Assembly (NCBI GenBank): GCA_013239625.1
Contig: MU056050.1
Location: forward strand, 3,148,084 to 3,212,083
Direction of reading: 5' to 3'
From: Lama guanicoe
Lineage: Eukaryota
Length of the DNA: 64,000 nt
The translations under genes were made by a program, and so were the position numbers. Shown piece by piece: positions 1 through 12,989 of this stretch; position 1 is the stretch's first letter, and each line of letters starts with the position of its first letter. Below the pieces are notes generated by a model, which saw only the letters and a program-made list of their open reading frames with translations, ran no database searches and was not told the origin of the DNA.

Positions 1-147
1 GAGTCCCCTCAGGGTGCACCATTGTGAGTGGCTGCAGAGGCCGGCCTGCAGGCTTGTCTTCACTGGGGGGTGGCGGCAGCCGCTGATGACTTGATGACTT
101 CAGCATTCTTTGTTTACTGATATGGTTTGTAGTATTTTTCATTCACA
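1..147 (-). mobile_element. ERV1-class 3' LTR (start of U3; runs off the window edge)
   Basis: Minus strand begins TGTGAATGAAAAATAC... at 147, immediately after a degenerate polypurine tract (GGACCAAGGCGGAGCAC, about 148-165) and retroviral internal sequence. Confidence 0.75.
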
Positions 148-1540
148 GTGCTCCGCCTTGGTCCTAAATTCAACCAATATTTTGGGAGACATTTCATGAC
201 CAATTTTGTCCCACGGTGCTAGGAAGGCTCATTCCTAGATCAGGTGGAAGATACTGTTGACATGCCACTCAACTGTTAATTTTTGTATCTGGCCCTGTTG
301 ATACTCAAAAATTCTCTGGATCATCTGTCTTACTAGTCTATTACGATCCAGGAAATGTTTGCCCCTCATTGCTCATTCCCATCCTAGAACCACACTATTA
401 CAATTATTCTATGCAGGGTTATAAATTTTATCTATTTCCTCAAGATATTTAGCCATCATCAGTCTTCTTGGAGGCCTAGTTATACATTTGGTAATGCAGA
501 AACAATTTTGTAAAACAGGCAAAATACAAATAATATAGTTAACAGTATTAGTAAGGTCATAAGTAAGAATTTAATTGAAAAACTTCCATTAGGTGCAGCT
601 CAGTGTATCCCCAGGTCATCTGACTTAGTCTGTTCTGTACCAATCCTTATCTTTAAGGAAGATGTTATACAGGCATTGTTCATAAGACTCCTAGCCAAAT
701 TTCATAGTGTTATTAGCTTGGTTATCTTTAATATAGTTTAATTTTTCCAACATAAGAGAGCCTTTAAACTTAAATGTCCATACCCTGGTGTTACCTATAT
801 AAGTCCTTTCCATAATTGAAGGAGGTTATAATTCTTTGGTGGAAATCTTGCTTGTTGTCTTGATTGAGCTTAAGTGATCTTATAAGAAAATTCATATTTA
901 TGGCCAGGCTCAGAGCAGGTATTATTAATTGGTCAGGTGAGATCTCCCAACTTGTAATATCAATAGTGGCCTAAATAGAACTATAATTTCTCTTCTAGAA
1001 TAAAAAATTTATCTAGTTAGAGCTATCTAGTTAGAGCCCTGGAGTAGGGAAACCCATCAAGGTAACACAGAAGTACAAGATATAGGTAATTGACCATAAA
1101 CCTAACAAATGGATTAGTTCATAATCAAAGGTATGTGCAATTATCAAAGTGATTGGTAAACAGGCCTGGTCCAGTGTCTTGGGTGAGCTGTTTATCTCCG
1201 ATGTCATCTTCTTCTCATCCTGGCCTGGCAGCTTCTTCTCCATTTGAGCATTGTTTTAAGGTGAGCAATACTCTATAGACCAGTCCAGTGCAAGGGCTCT
1301 TTCTAATTGGAAATTAATCCAAAAGTCAATTTCCTTTAGCTTTCACTGTGTATGGTCTAGTTAAGAGTACCTGATAAAGGGTCCTTCCATTCAGGTTGGA
1401 GACAGTTCTTTAAGTCATGTCTGTTCCAGTATGTATAATCCCCTGGTTGCACAGTATACTTCTTCCTAATTTCTTGACAGCGGGCATCTCTCTCTCTCTT
1501 AGGCACTGTGCACCCAGTATTAGCTTGGTTGCTTGTTATG
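148..1540 (-). mobile_element. Degenerate ERV1 (gammaretrovirus-like) internal region: integrase C-terminus and env remnant
   Basis: Minus strand about 1450-1310 reads VQPGDYTYWNRHDLKNCLQPEWKDP/YQVLLTRPYTVK/LKEIDFWI with frameshifts, matching the integrase C-terminal motif QPGD..W.....LQPRWKGPYQVLLT. About 480-570 reads FLLMTLLILLTILFVFCLFYKIV, a hydrophobic stretch like the env membrane anchor. Confidence 0.8.
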
Positions 1541-2989
1541 AGTAAAATCCAAAATCTCTCTCTATGTAATGTTATTTTCATTTAATGCCATAATTTTATT
1601 AGTTAATTCTGCAAAGTATTTGGACATATGAAATACACAAAAGACATTATGTGGTATTGTTATTTGCCACATTTAACATCTATGTTTAATTAAAGTGAAG
1701 TTCAAGATCAAAGTGAATCTAGGTTCTTCCTTCAGGGAACAAAGGGCAAAACTAAACTAAGGTTGAAACAAGGTTATCTGCAACATAAACAATGGGGCTA
1801 GTTGATTTGGCTAAACCTATGAATATCAAAAAGCAAAATCTGCCTCTTCTGTACCAGGTGGTAGAACGGCACAGACTGCTTGCTGTCAAAATCACATTTG
1901 TATTCATTTTTGGCCACAGCCACCACTAGTTTATCTGAGAACTCAACAACCTCCTCTGATGGATGTTCTATGTACATATGCTAGCCTTCAGTTTTCTGAT
2001 CATTTGATCAGAACATGGTGCTCATTTAATATAAAAGAAATGAAATAGAATCAAGATTTTTTGTTTTTGTTTTTGTTTTTTTACAAAGCACCATATCATA
2101 TGTCTTTTCTTTCAGTTACAATTTTCCTGTTGCCAACTCAACCTGATAATGAGACATTTGTGAGGCCCTCCCTTAGAAACTCTCATGGTAAGCAATTACT
2201 CTAGAAGTTAGCTACAATTTGTTATATAAACTCTAGGTTAATTAGATTGGCAATGCTATAATGAGATTTTAATCAACAGAAAAATAGTGGGTCATCTTGG
2301 ACCCTCCTAAATTTGTTCATTATTATCCCATAGAGTTCAACGGAGCTGCAAGAAAGGAGCTCTTAAGGAGCCATACTGTGATCTGGAATTCCACATGGGT
2401 CTTGTCTACATTAGAGGACCCAATATAATGTAGTGCTCTTATTTAAACACTGTCCATACTTTGGTGAGCTTGTGAGTCTACCCAGGGAAGACAACTCTGT
2501 GAGATTCTATGGAGCCAAGAATCTAGCCTTCCCTGAGTAAATAATTCATCTGGAAGGAGCTTCTCACATATGTTTGTTAACTAGGTCTAAAATATATAGG
2601 GGAGTCACATTTTTATGCTCTGAGTCTGAAATCTAAACTTCTGATATAGTACCCTCCGACCATCTCATCTTAGCTATTCAGCCTCCTCACAGTCATAACT
2701 ACCTTACAACATCATCAAGAGCTCTAGACACTTGGACTCATCTCTTGTTTAGCATATGCCATTAGTTTCTTCTTCCTGTTTTCCTTCCCTACTAAGTTTG
2801 ATCCTTTGGTTGATTACTTAAAAAACTTTATCATCAGCAACTATAATTTCCTTATCCCTTTTGTATTCTTGCTGCACTTGCCCTATAAGCCTCCACCTTG
2901 GTGCAAACAATAAATAGTCCTTTTTTCACTTAATTGCTCTTTTTGAAACATTATCTATTTGGCTTTCCTACCTCATCCATTTATAAATA

Positions 2990-3480
2990 TTTTAGTCTCA
3001 GAACCTCTTTTTGCTCTTAAAAATTACTGAAGATGTCAAAAAGATGTGGATGTAGGTTGTGTCTATCAATATTTACTATATTAGAAATTAAGACTGATAA
3101 CTTTTACAAGTATTTTTTACTAATTTATTGAGTAACAATAAACTACTACATTTTAACATAAATATTTTATGATAAATAACTACATTTCACAAAACCAAAA
3201 AAATTAAAAGAGTGATCACTGTTTTAAATCTTTGAAAATCTCTTTAATGTCTGACTTAATAGAAGATAGCTGGATTCTCACATCTGCTTTTGTAGGTAAC
3301 CAATTGTGGTATCACATATCATGTGGCCTCTGGAAAACTCCATTATACACTCATGAAAGAATTATGGTGAAAAAGGTAAATGATGTCTTTCTGGTATTAT
3401 GAAAATAGTTTTATTTTGTGGACCCTCCAACAGGTATTGGGATCCCTAGTAGTCTCCAGACAATATTGCGGACCACTGTT
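2990..3480. mobile_element. Non-autonomous hAT-Charlie-type DNA transposon (MER-type) fossil
   Basis: Characteristic 'ctcttaaaaattactgaag...tctatcaatatttactatattagaaattaa' body and an end resembling '...gaccactg'. Subfamily not certain. Confidence 0.55.
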
Positions 3481-3489
3481 TTATTGCCA

Positions 3490-4260
3490 CCATCTAATAA
3501 TTTTCTTCCAACTTCTCTAGTTGTTCCTTCTTAGTCTGCTTACCAGATTGTCCTCAGCCTTCTTGAATATTAGTATTTCCCGGAGTTCAAGTCTTTATGC
3601 TCTTTTTTCCTTATTCCACTCCCATGATATTGGTGTCCTCAATAGGTAGATGCCTCTAAAATTTCAGTACTGGATATTTAATAATTACTAAGCACCTTGA
3701 CCTGTATGTCTGTATTCATCCTTAAATCTCTTCCTTCTATAGTCCATCTTGGCTAATAGCATCGCCAGCTACCCAGTCTGTAAGCCAGACAGCAACTCTT
3801 GTCTCTCCTGCCATGTGTAATCAGTCACTAAGTCAAGTGTGTTTTATCTTCTAAATATTTGATTCCATCTTCTCCTTCTCCACTCTCCGAAGTTGATGCT
3901 CTCACTATCACTCATCTGGATTACTATTATAGCCTCCTAATTTGTCTTCATGACTTAAATTTCACGACCCCTATTATTCTGTCTGTCAATTGCAACTTCC
4001 ATACTGCCATTAGGTGGTTTTTCTAAATGTAAATCCGAGCAAATCATCTTCTTGCCCAAATGAAAAACCATAAAAAAACTTCCCATTTGCTCCTGGGATA
4101 AATTACAAGCTCCTTACCATGACTTGAAATACTTTCCATGATCTGCTCTTGCTACTGTCTTCATTTCCCACCACCCTCCCCATATCCTCCATTCATACTG
4201 CCTCAGGTTTTCCAATATATTTGTATTTAATAAAACATAATTTTTTTCACCTCTCTGTAA
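3490..4260 (+). mobile_element. L2 LINE fragment
   Basis: L2 consensus-like 'cactcatctggattactattatagcctcctaatttgtct' and 'aagctccttaccatgac...ttccatgatctgctc'. A further L2-like piece lies at about 2650-2910. Confidence 0.7.
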
Positions 4261-5849
4261 AGGGAATATTGCTAAGCTCCAAATGAATGTGTCTCACCCT
4301 GTAAGATGTCACTTAATTTTGACAGTGATAAATCAGATATTTTGCTGGTGATCCTGGCCCTCCTCACCGACTGTTCTATATGAAAATTCTGTCACATTTC
4401 TGAAGTTTAAAATGGGTTAACCTGCCATCTGTTTCAAAGCCATTGCTCTAATTTAGTTTATTCTTATTCACTGCAGAGTAAGTATAGCTTAACGACTTAT
4501 GCATGCAATGTGGGTCTAAAAATATTCATATAACATATCTATATACGTATTATGTATATAATTTGGATGATTTTCTTTATGCAAAAGAATTCAAATTATT
4601 TACTTTGAAAGAAACTTCTTGCGAGAATTTTTTCCTGAATTTGCAAGATTGATTCTTGCTGTTATAAAATTTCTTAAGCATGTAAAGCTCCAAAATTACT
4701 CATGTGCTGTCCAGTCCTCTTTTACTATGCCTTCCAGTGGATCTTTATCTATTCCACAAAGCCTCATTTTAATTTCCCTACCCAGCATAGACAGTGGTGT
4801 ATGGGAAGGAAGTACTTAGTAGGATGACTACCTCTCCTTGAGACAAAAAAATAATCTCTTGATGCAAGACATATGTTTAATATCCATTACTCATTCACCC
4901 AAGAAATTTTCTCTCTTTACTCCATGTCTTACATGACAGCATGCTAGAGTTCCAAGGAAAAAAAGTATAGTATCTGCCTTTCATTAAAATGCCTTCATTT
5001 TCAGTAATAGGTACTAACCATGGTTCTGAAATTAATTATATGTGACACAGTTTCTTCCTGTCGTTTTAGTATGTTTAATTTGGATTGAATTTATACTTTT
5101 ATTTATGACAGGTAAAAGTGCCACTTAACACAGTGGGGATAAAACTGATAGGACATATTACAACAAAAACGTGACGTCAGATGAAAATATAAATCTTTTT
5201 TAGAGAAGAGTTCTGATAAACGTGTGGATGGCAGATTTATAATTAGATTGAAGTTATACCACCATTTTCCAGATCCATGCTTAGAGAGATTGCTAGAAAG
5301 TTGGTAGATTCATGCGTAGGAGGCAAAGTCAATGCTAACGCAGAAACTGTCATTATTATCATAAATGGGTCCACAAAAGTGAACTGGAAGTAGTGATAAG
5401 TATTAAACATGACACCAAAAGGACTGATAATGGTCCATGGGATAAAGTAAAATGCTTTTTAACATTTTATGCTGAGTCACTTCTTGAATGTTATAAGCTA
5501 TAATGCATTTTCAAGAAAATGTATTCCAACCTAGATATGGCCTCCAGATAGAGAAACACAAAATGATTTGAAGGGTCAAAACACCAAGGAAAAGGGAAAT
5601 TAGTAAAATAAAGGCAAAGGTACAGACATTTTAGACCAGACAGAAGGAAACAACAAATCCATTCAAGGATTCTTATGAAACAGACATTCCAGCTCTGAAA
5701 AAAATGGTTCTAGATGAATTTGGAAAGAAGGGAAACAAAAGTTGTTCATGTTGGGATAAATTATATGCTCATTATGCTTACCCCAGCTCAAATTAATAAT
5801 CCTACTAATAATCCTGCTCTTCTAATAACAAGCATTAATCTTATTTAGA

Positions 5850-6005
5850 TCTTTTAAGCAATGGCCTAAGTGTTTTACATGCTTCATTTCATTTAATTAA
5901 AAAGAAAATCCATGAGGACGGTATTCTCAACATTCCCATTTTATAGAGGAAGTGTATATAAACCGAGGCACAGAGGTATTAATGAAGTTACTAGTAAGTG
6001 AAAGA
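5850..6005. mobile_element. MIR SINE
   Basis: MIR core-like 'cccattttatagaggaag...gaggcacagagg'. Confidence 0.6.
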
Positions 6006-8149
6006 GAAGGTTTTTGGTAAGCATATTTATCTATATTTAGTAAACTTTGTGTGAAGGGGCATTGTGTATTTAGATTTGATGAGGAAAAAAACCCATTTCT
6101 ATTCTCTCCATTAAAAAAAAAAAAACTAAGTTCTTGAATTTTCCAAAATCACAATTTTGGAATTTGCCTTATTCTATTTTATTTCTTCCCTGTACTGTGA
6201 GGTGTTTGCACTTTCTTTATGATGGAGGCAAAATAAACACACTCTGCTCATCTTATTCGATCATTTTCAGCATTTTCTTCCTCCCTTGTAATAAAAACCC
6301 CCAAAAGTAGGGCAATTTAGACTAGTATAAAGGAGGCAGAAGAAAGCACTAAAATCACGGTTACTCAATTTTGGTGCAGAGTAGACCCTTTGTCCTCTTG
6401 AAGTTTCATCCCTAAACTTTTGATCACAGAATTGGGCTCAATATTCTCTCTCTTCTAATTCTGTATTAATAACCATTCTGGTCAACTGTGTACATGTGGG
6501 TTAAATAGTACGTCATGGCAAGATTTATGGACTTATTTCATCTGTAGACTTTGGACACTACCTGCCTTCCCTGAAGGTGTTATGAATCACTACTAATTTC
6601 ATGGCAAAAGAAAAGGAATGTTGATATTATTAACTGATGATACTGGGTATCAGAGCCAGAAATCCCTACTCCCCAACTCATTCAACACAACAGTCCATTT
6701 GACCTGGGGCACAATGTATTCCTGTGAGTTTCTATTGTCTGTGAATTTCTACTGCCTCTTATACAAACTGCTGACTGTGGAGAAACTTGATCAAAACATC
6801 AGCGATTACCAGAGAAGCCAAGTTTGTGCCCTTCACAACCACTGATGAAGTACCTTAACCTCGCCTTCTCTTGATGTCTCGCATATGGTCATCCGTCTTC
6901 CTGACTACTACTTCATATGGCTTATTTGTAAATTCAAGCAAATGTGCTTCTGACTGGCACTGATACATCACTGATGCCAAAATATCAGAGACGATGAAGC
7001 ATAAGGACATATTTTTTGATTCAGATGGAGAATATTACAGATTTATGGGTAAGTGATGACAATAGCCATTCCATAATATCTTCATATAATCAGTATCTTC
7101 CCATGCCTCCCTTCACCAAATTTTATGACCTCAAAACTTATTCAAAGAAGTATTTTCTTGCTGACCCAAAAGGTATAGTGGGTAGATGCGGGGATGGGGC
7201 TGGCTGCCTGAACAACCAGTTCTGACTTGTCATGTGCCGGATTTCCACTGCTTTCCAATGACCACTTACAGAGCCATAATGCACAGAACGTCTATTGATG
7301 TCCCATTGATATCGATGTGATTTCCCCTAGTGGATTGAGGGCAGCACAGCATACAGCCATTAGTATCTAAAGGTTATGTATAATGGATAATAGAGGAAAA
7401 TGAAATAGCAGAAAGGAATTTGCACGGGAAACAGAAGCAGTAAATAGTTTCAGTGAAAGATCTTACTTGGGTTATACAGCAACTGCAAAGGGGGATTGAA
7501 AAAAAAAGATGACTCTTACAGACTCAGTAAGAGTTGAGAGTGAAATGGTTTCATATTTTGAAATATAATACATTTTTATTTCAACCACAGAAAGCCATTT
7601 AAAAATCATCTAGTATGTTACAGTTTTTATGTGACATCCTTCACCTGAATGCCTATTTATGAATTTCTACGCTACCCTCCTGAGATGGTCAGTGATATGG
7701 CACAGATGGGGTAAGTCAAGGAAGAGATTTGAACTGATTTATCCAAAGCCACATGATGCCCAGGTCAGGATGGAACTCAGAACAAAGTTACAGTGTTTGC
7801 CATTAGCATCTCCTCATTTTGAACCCATTCAACCTACTGTGCTAGCATTTAGCCTGATATTTCTGCATTTAAAAAGTCTCACAGTAAATGATTTCAATAG
7901 ATATCTCTCACCAATCCACAAATCTTGGTTGCAGTAACCATTGCAATGGATGACCTGGTAAATCTAATTTAATAAGAAAAAAATTGCCTGGTGGATTTAT
8001 TAGTAGACCAAGAAGTAAATGAGCTGCAAAGTTTACTGTCAAGCTAGAAGGGCAGCCAGGCCTGGCACTCAAGAGTCAGCCTGCTCTGGCTTAAAGCTCA
8101 GGATCCTCGCTTGTTGATGTGATTGCAATTTCAATGTTATCTCCATGTG

Positions 8150-8660
8150 ATCTCTTACCTTGGCTGTGCCTCAGTTTCCTCATCTATAAAATATATTTAA
8201 TATGAACAGCTACCCTTAGGGACTATTTGGAGGATACAGTGAGCTAATACAAGTCAAGTGCTTAGCATAATTTATTTTATTTTCAGAAAACTTTTACCAG
8301 CAGGGTTGCTATGTGCCAGGTGCTGGGATACAGCCATGAACAAAATGGCTAACTCTGAGAACCAGTGAATTTTCATAGTGAATAAAAATTATATAGATAA
8401 TGGTGGTACAAACGACAATAATAATATTTTAACATTTATAGTATACTTATTATGTTTTAGGTACTATTCCAAGTTTTTTAGTTGTATTAATTCATTTAAT
8501 TCTTATAACAACCCTATGTTATAGGTACTGTTTCAGGTCCATTTGACAGATGAGGAAACGGAGGCCTTAAAAAGTTAAATAATTTGCCCAGGGTAGTAAC
8601 ATGCCTAAGAAACGGCAGAGGTCTGAAAGTCCATGCTCATAACCATTGCCCTATATTGCC
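8150..8660. mobile_element. Cluster of two oppositely oriented MIRs and an L2 3' end
   Basis: 'ctgtgcctcagtttcctcatctataaaat' (8163-8192), 'tgctatgtgccaggtgctgggatacagccatgaacaaaa' (about 8307-8345) and 'gacagatgaggaaacggaggc...aatttgcccagggt' (8545-8594). Confidence 0.7.
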
Positions 8661-10425
8661 TTACTGTCATAGCAAATGTATGCCATTATTTACCATATTA
8701 AAAAGGCAGCCCTAAAATACCTGAAATATTCTACTTTCACTTATGAAATGAATATATAATCTAATTAAACAAGTCTCAGGGTATATAACACAATTTTTAT
8801 ATGAGTGGCCATATAATAAATTGAAATAGAAAAATAGGTTTGAACACAGTATAAAACTATTAAGAAAGAGCTTCTATTACCTGGATTTGTTTATTACAGA
8901 GGCAAAGTCTTGTATCTAAAATATTATCTCTCTGTATAGTAAAAGTTAATAGAAGATAACCTATAAGATGTTTGTTCTCATAATTGAACCAGAACACTTT
9001 AAAGGGCCTCTAATGTATTTAAACTTTTCAAATGACTCCTTATTTTGAATGATTCCATATTAAAATCCTGTTTATATTACAGTACTTTCTCATCTCCCAC
9101 CTCCATTCCTTCAGCATTATTTTTCATTACAGGTTATTACAAACCAAATAAACTTACACGTTAGGTTATCCTGAAATGTCTGAGATAAAAGACACGTTTT
9201 TTTATATTATAGGTTAATATTACCCACATTTAATAGAAGAATTGTTCAAATATATTCAGATTGCATGAAGAAAATATAAAAGAGATAATCATGAACATCA
9301 ATTTAGCCTACAAACCTATACTGTTGATATTATCAGTGACTCCCCTACAAAATATATCTATTTACTTACCATCCTTTGTTCTATGACTCTTATAAAAAAC
9401 TGACTATGGGAACTTTCTTATTGTTCACATTTTTAATAAATCAGAATCAACAAAACTTATTTTCTATAATCATAAGAAACTCTAAATCCCTTTTTAATCT
9501 ATCTTTCAGAATCATATTTATTGTTATCTTCGTGGGTAATTCCCCTTCAATTAGGAAATCAGGCTAAACCTGAAAAGAAGATACGGGTGACATACTTAGA
9601 AAAAATTTTTTTTCCTACCATGATCTGCTATTCTTCTAGGAATAGTGCTTCCACAAAATACATGTTTCTTAAGTTAATTTACATTTTAGACTGCAGACCC
9701 ACTCAAACAAGGAAATTAATGTTCAGTCAAAATAAAATGCCATCTAGAAAAATCTATACGATTTGCTATCAAGTGAGGGTGCCTTTAATCAAGATGACTC
9801 AAGAACAGTATTTTTCTAAAAAGTGGGAAGTGTGCCTCACTATTATTTTTTCCTCTACCTTCCCAAACGTAGTAACCATACAATTTTGTAGCCATTTACC
9901 TAGTGAAAATAAGAATATATTTTTTTTAGTCCCAGTGCAAAACTCTGCGTTCTTGGAAAGAAATTATGTGCTGGATTTTCCAATAGCTTCCAAGTAACTA
10001 CTACTTTAACGAAATTGCTACCAGAAAACCCGGTAGCAGGATTATTGTTTAACTATAATTTAAGAAGCTATTGTAGATTGGTACTTATGACTTCTAATGA
10101 GAAAACCATAACAACCTTTTAATTGAAAGGAAAATGGTTAACTACAGTAATTGCAATCAATAAGACTGTGTTAGTAGTATAAATATTTCTTCTCAAAGAG
10201 CAATTCTTACTCTCCTCAGCAGTATTTAAGGTTAGGAAGTACCAAAGGGGAAAGAAAAAAAAAACCCAAAACCTAATTAGAAATCCATTTGTTATTTATA
10301 ATACTAAGCCTTGGTTCAAATTTGTAGGTCCCAGAGTAGAAAGAGAAACTCCTGTCCCTAACTCCACCACAAGCAAAACAAGACTTTGACTAAGAAGAAG
10401 ACTGAAGCGTGGAAAAAGGGCTTAC

Positions 10426-10664
10426 CAATCACGTAGGCTAGTAACAAGGCCAAAGTCACGGTGATTGCAGTGGCACTCAACGCCGTACACTTCCAATTGC
10501 AGCACCTGTAAGGTTTGTTGAAGGTAAAGGCAGGTCTGGAAAAGGTGCTTCGAGGAAGTGGCCTGGGAGGGGGCGAGTACACGGTATTGGACGTCAGAGG
10601 GTAGTTTTGACTGGCTGCACTGAAGATAGCCGAGGAACCAGATCCATGTTTGAACAGGAAATGC
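10426..10664 (-). CDS. TENM1: Teneurin-1 internal coding exon (probably exon 5), end of intracellular domain and start of transmembrane helix
   Basis: Translates (R)[79 protein letters not shown]. Acceptor is tttcctttctgcAG|G (AG at 10666-10665); donor is ATTG|GTAAG (GT at 10425-10424). The AG ending the upstream exon plus the first G gives AGG (Arg), restoring the conserved teneurin motif PLETRHFLFK in frame. 239 bp. Confidence 0.97.
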
Positions 10665-11189
10665 CTGCAGAAAGGAAACAAAAGTTTGGGCTATAAAAAA
10701 AACCAAAGCCAGTTGCTACAAAAATGCAACCTTCACTAATTTTATATAATCATGCTATGGCAAAACACAGGGGGACTAGGAGGAACTCAACAAAATCTTC
10801 ATATACCTAACAATTAACTCTGAAGCACCCTTGGTGGTCTCCCTTTTGTTTTCCTATTTTAGACTTTTAAGAGGAAGAAAGAGGTCTTCTGTTGCCTGAC
10901 TTGCTGGCTAATGAAGTTCTCAAACTCCGAGCATTAACATTCCAAATTTGATGTTATTCACTATACTGCTCCCTTTCATTAAATGAAAATTTAAGAAGAG
11001 TTGATTCAAAAACAGAAAGAGAAGTATCATTTCGGTTATGTGAATGGCCTTAGAGACCAGTATTTTATTTAGAGACTAGCTTGTATAGATATATTTTCAC
11101 CCAATATTTGATTATAGAAATTGCCAACACACAGTCAAATGAAGGAATTTTATAATAAACACACATATACTCAAAAGAATATCAAGTAA

Positions 11190-11290
11190 AGAGATTCAGG
11201 AAATCTGGGGTAGGTCCTAAGCATGTGTATTTTAATTAAACTTCATAGGTAAGTTGGATGTGCATTTCCAGTTGAACATCACTGGCTTTA
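11190..11290. mobile_element. MER5-like hAT-Charlie fragment
   Basis: 'ctggggtaggtcctaagcatgtgtattttaat...ccagttgaacatcactgg' resembles the MER5A 3' half. Confidence 0.55.
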
Positions 11291-11626
11291 AAAATGCTAA
11301 ATTCAAATTTTAAAAGATTGTCATCAAATAAACATTTTAAATGACAACACACATACCCTCATATACTTACCCAAAACATACATACACTCTCAATTAGATT
11401 CTATAGTTAATATGACTGCACTCATTTTACCACCTACTTATCCATTACTCCATTCCTGTCTTAGTCCATCTTTTTTTAAGCATTTTATTTCACTTTTTAA
11501 AGCAATTCAGAGTAAGTTGCATATATCAGTGCCCTTCCCTTCACATATTTCAACCTTCATATTATATATATATCTAGAGTTCAACATTTTTTAACAGATT
11601 TTTAATGTAAAATTTATACATGATGA

Positions 11627-12055
11627 GTTTGACTTTTTTAGCTTCCACATATGTGATATCATACAGTATTTGTCTTTCTCTGTCTGACTTATTTCACTTA
11701 GCACAATATCCTCAAGGTCCATCCATGAACTCATAAAAACAAAGAGTAGAGTGGTGGTTACCTGCGGCTGAGAGATGGAGGATGGGGAGATGCTTACAAA
11801 CTTGCAACTAGCAGATAAGTCTTAGATCTAATGCACAGTATTATTATAGACAATAATAATGCATATATAATAAATATCAAACTTTCTAAGGTAGTAGATC
11901 TTAATTATTCCCACCACAAAAAAGAAATGATAATTATGTGATACAGGTATTAGCTAAAACTACAAATGGTAATTGTATTGAAATATATAGATGTATCAAA
12001 TCAACATGTTGTACATCTTAAACTTACACAGTTACATGTAAATATATTTCAATTT
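11627..12055 (+). mobile_element. 5'-truncated, 5'-inverted L1 (L1MA-type 3' end) with an 18-bp degenerate TSD
   Basis: 11627-11727 is L1 3' sequence in minus orientation; about 11728-12055 is the continuing L1 3' UTR in plus orientation. Flanks are aaaatttatacatgatga (11609-11626) and aaaaattatacacaatga (12056-12073). Confidence 0.8.
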
Positions 12056-12119
12056 AAAAATTATACACAATGAAAAACCTAATCCTCCCAAACACACACA
12101 CACACACACAAATTACACA

Positions 12120-12340
12120 CAATGAAACACACAAATTTTAAGTGTACATTTGCTGAGATTTGACAAATGCAATCACCGGTGCAAAGCAAACCCCTGTCAA
12201 GATACAGAACATTTCCATCATGCCAGGAAGTGCCCTCCTGCCTTTCTAAGTAAATCCCTATCCCCAACCCCAGAGGCAACCACTATTTTGCATTTTTTTC
12301 TACCCTGCATTAGTTTTGCCTGTCCTAGAAATTCATGCTG
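12120..12340 (-). mobile_element. Older L1M (MB/MC-type) 3' end, interrupted by the inverted L1
   Basis: 'aattttaagtgtaca...tttgacaaatgcaat...caagatacagaacatttccatca...ccagaggcaaccactatt...ttagttttgcctgtcctagaa' is the L1M 3' UTR reverse complement. Confidence 0.75.
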
Positions 12341-12479
12341 CTATCATGTTTGAATTTCTAGAGGATAATTATTGACAGCTTATGACTACTGTAATATGGA
12401 TATTTCATAAACAGTAGTGACTTATTCACATGGAAGGAGATGCCATGAAAATGTGTTTTTGTGCATACACTTTAACTTG

Positions 12480-12700
12480 AGTGCTAAGCGCTGTGAGTTG
12501 TGCTAAACATGCATTATCTCAGTTAGTCTTCACTCATATGAAACAGGCTGTATTATTATCTTCATGGTGTATTTAAGGAAATGGAGGCCTAAAAAGGTTA
12601 AGTAACCTGCTTAAATCCACCTAGCAAGTAAATAACAGAGCCAGAATAGGAACCCAAGTCATTCGGGCTCCAAAGTCCTCAATCTACTCTACTGTGCCGC
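12480..12700. mobile_element. MIR SINE
   Basis: 'aaggaaatggaggcctaaaaaggttaagtaacctgc...agagccagaataggaacccaagtc...gctccaaagtcc'. Confidence 0.7.
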
Positions 12701-12989
12701 CTAGGGCAGTAAACTGCACTGCTAAACAAAACACATTCTGGTACTACATTTTAATGTAAACAACACAAGGCCCCTCCACTAAGCAAAGAGCCAACATCAT
12801 CTTGTACGTGCCACATATGCCCAAATGCACAAATCATTAAGAATATGTTAAGATTGATTTCTGGCTTCCATTTTTAAAGAACAGAAGCATATATGTCTAA
12901 AGGAAAAAAGAACTGTCTACATGAATGTTATTGAAAAAATATCCAAATTACAGTTTTGCTTTAGTATCATGAGGGTAAATGATATTTAA

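Noticed and set aside
1010..1037. 14-bp tandem duplication (tatctagttagagc)x2
   Set aside because: An ordinary slippage duplication inside a dead ERV.
9521..9997. 158-aa plus-strand ORF
   Set aside because: No recognisable domain, AT-rich intron-like composition and a non-ATG start.
10422..10706. 94-aa alternative-frame ORF over the second exon
   Set aside because: An out-of-frame shadow of the TENM1 exon with no independent support.
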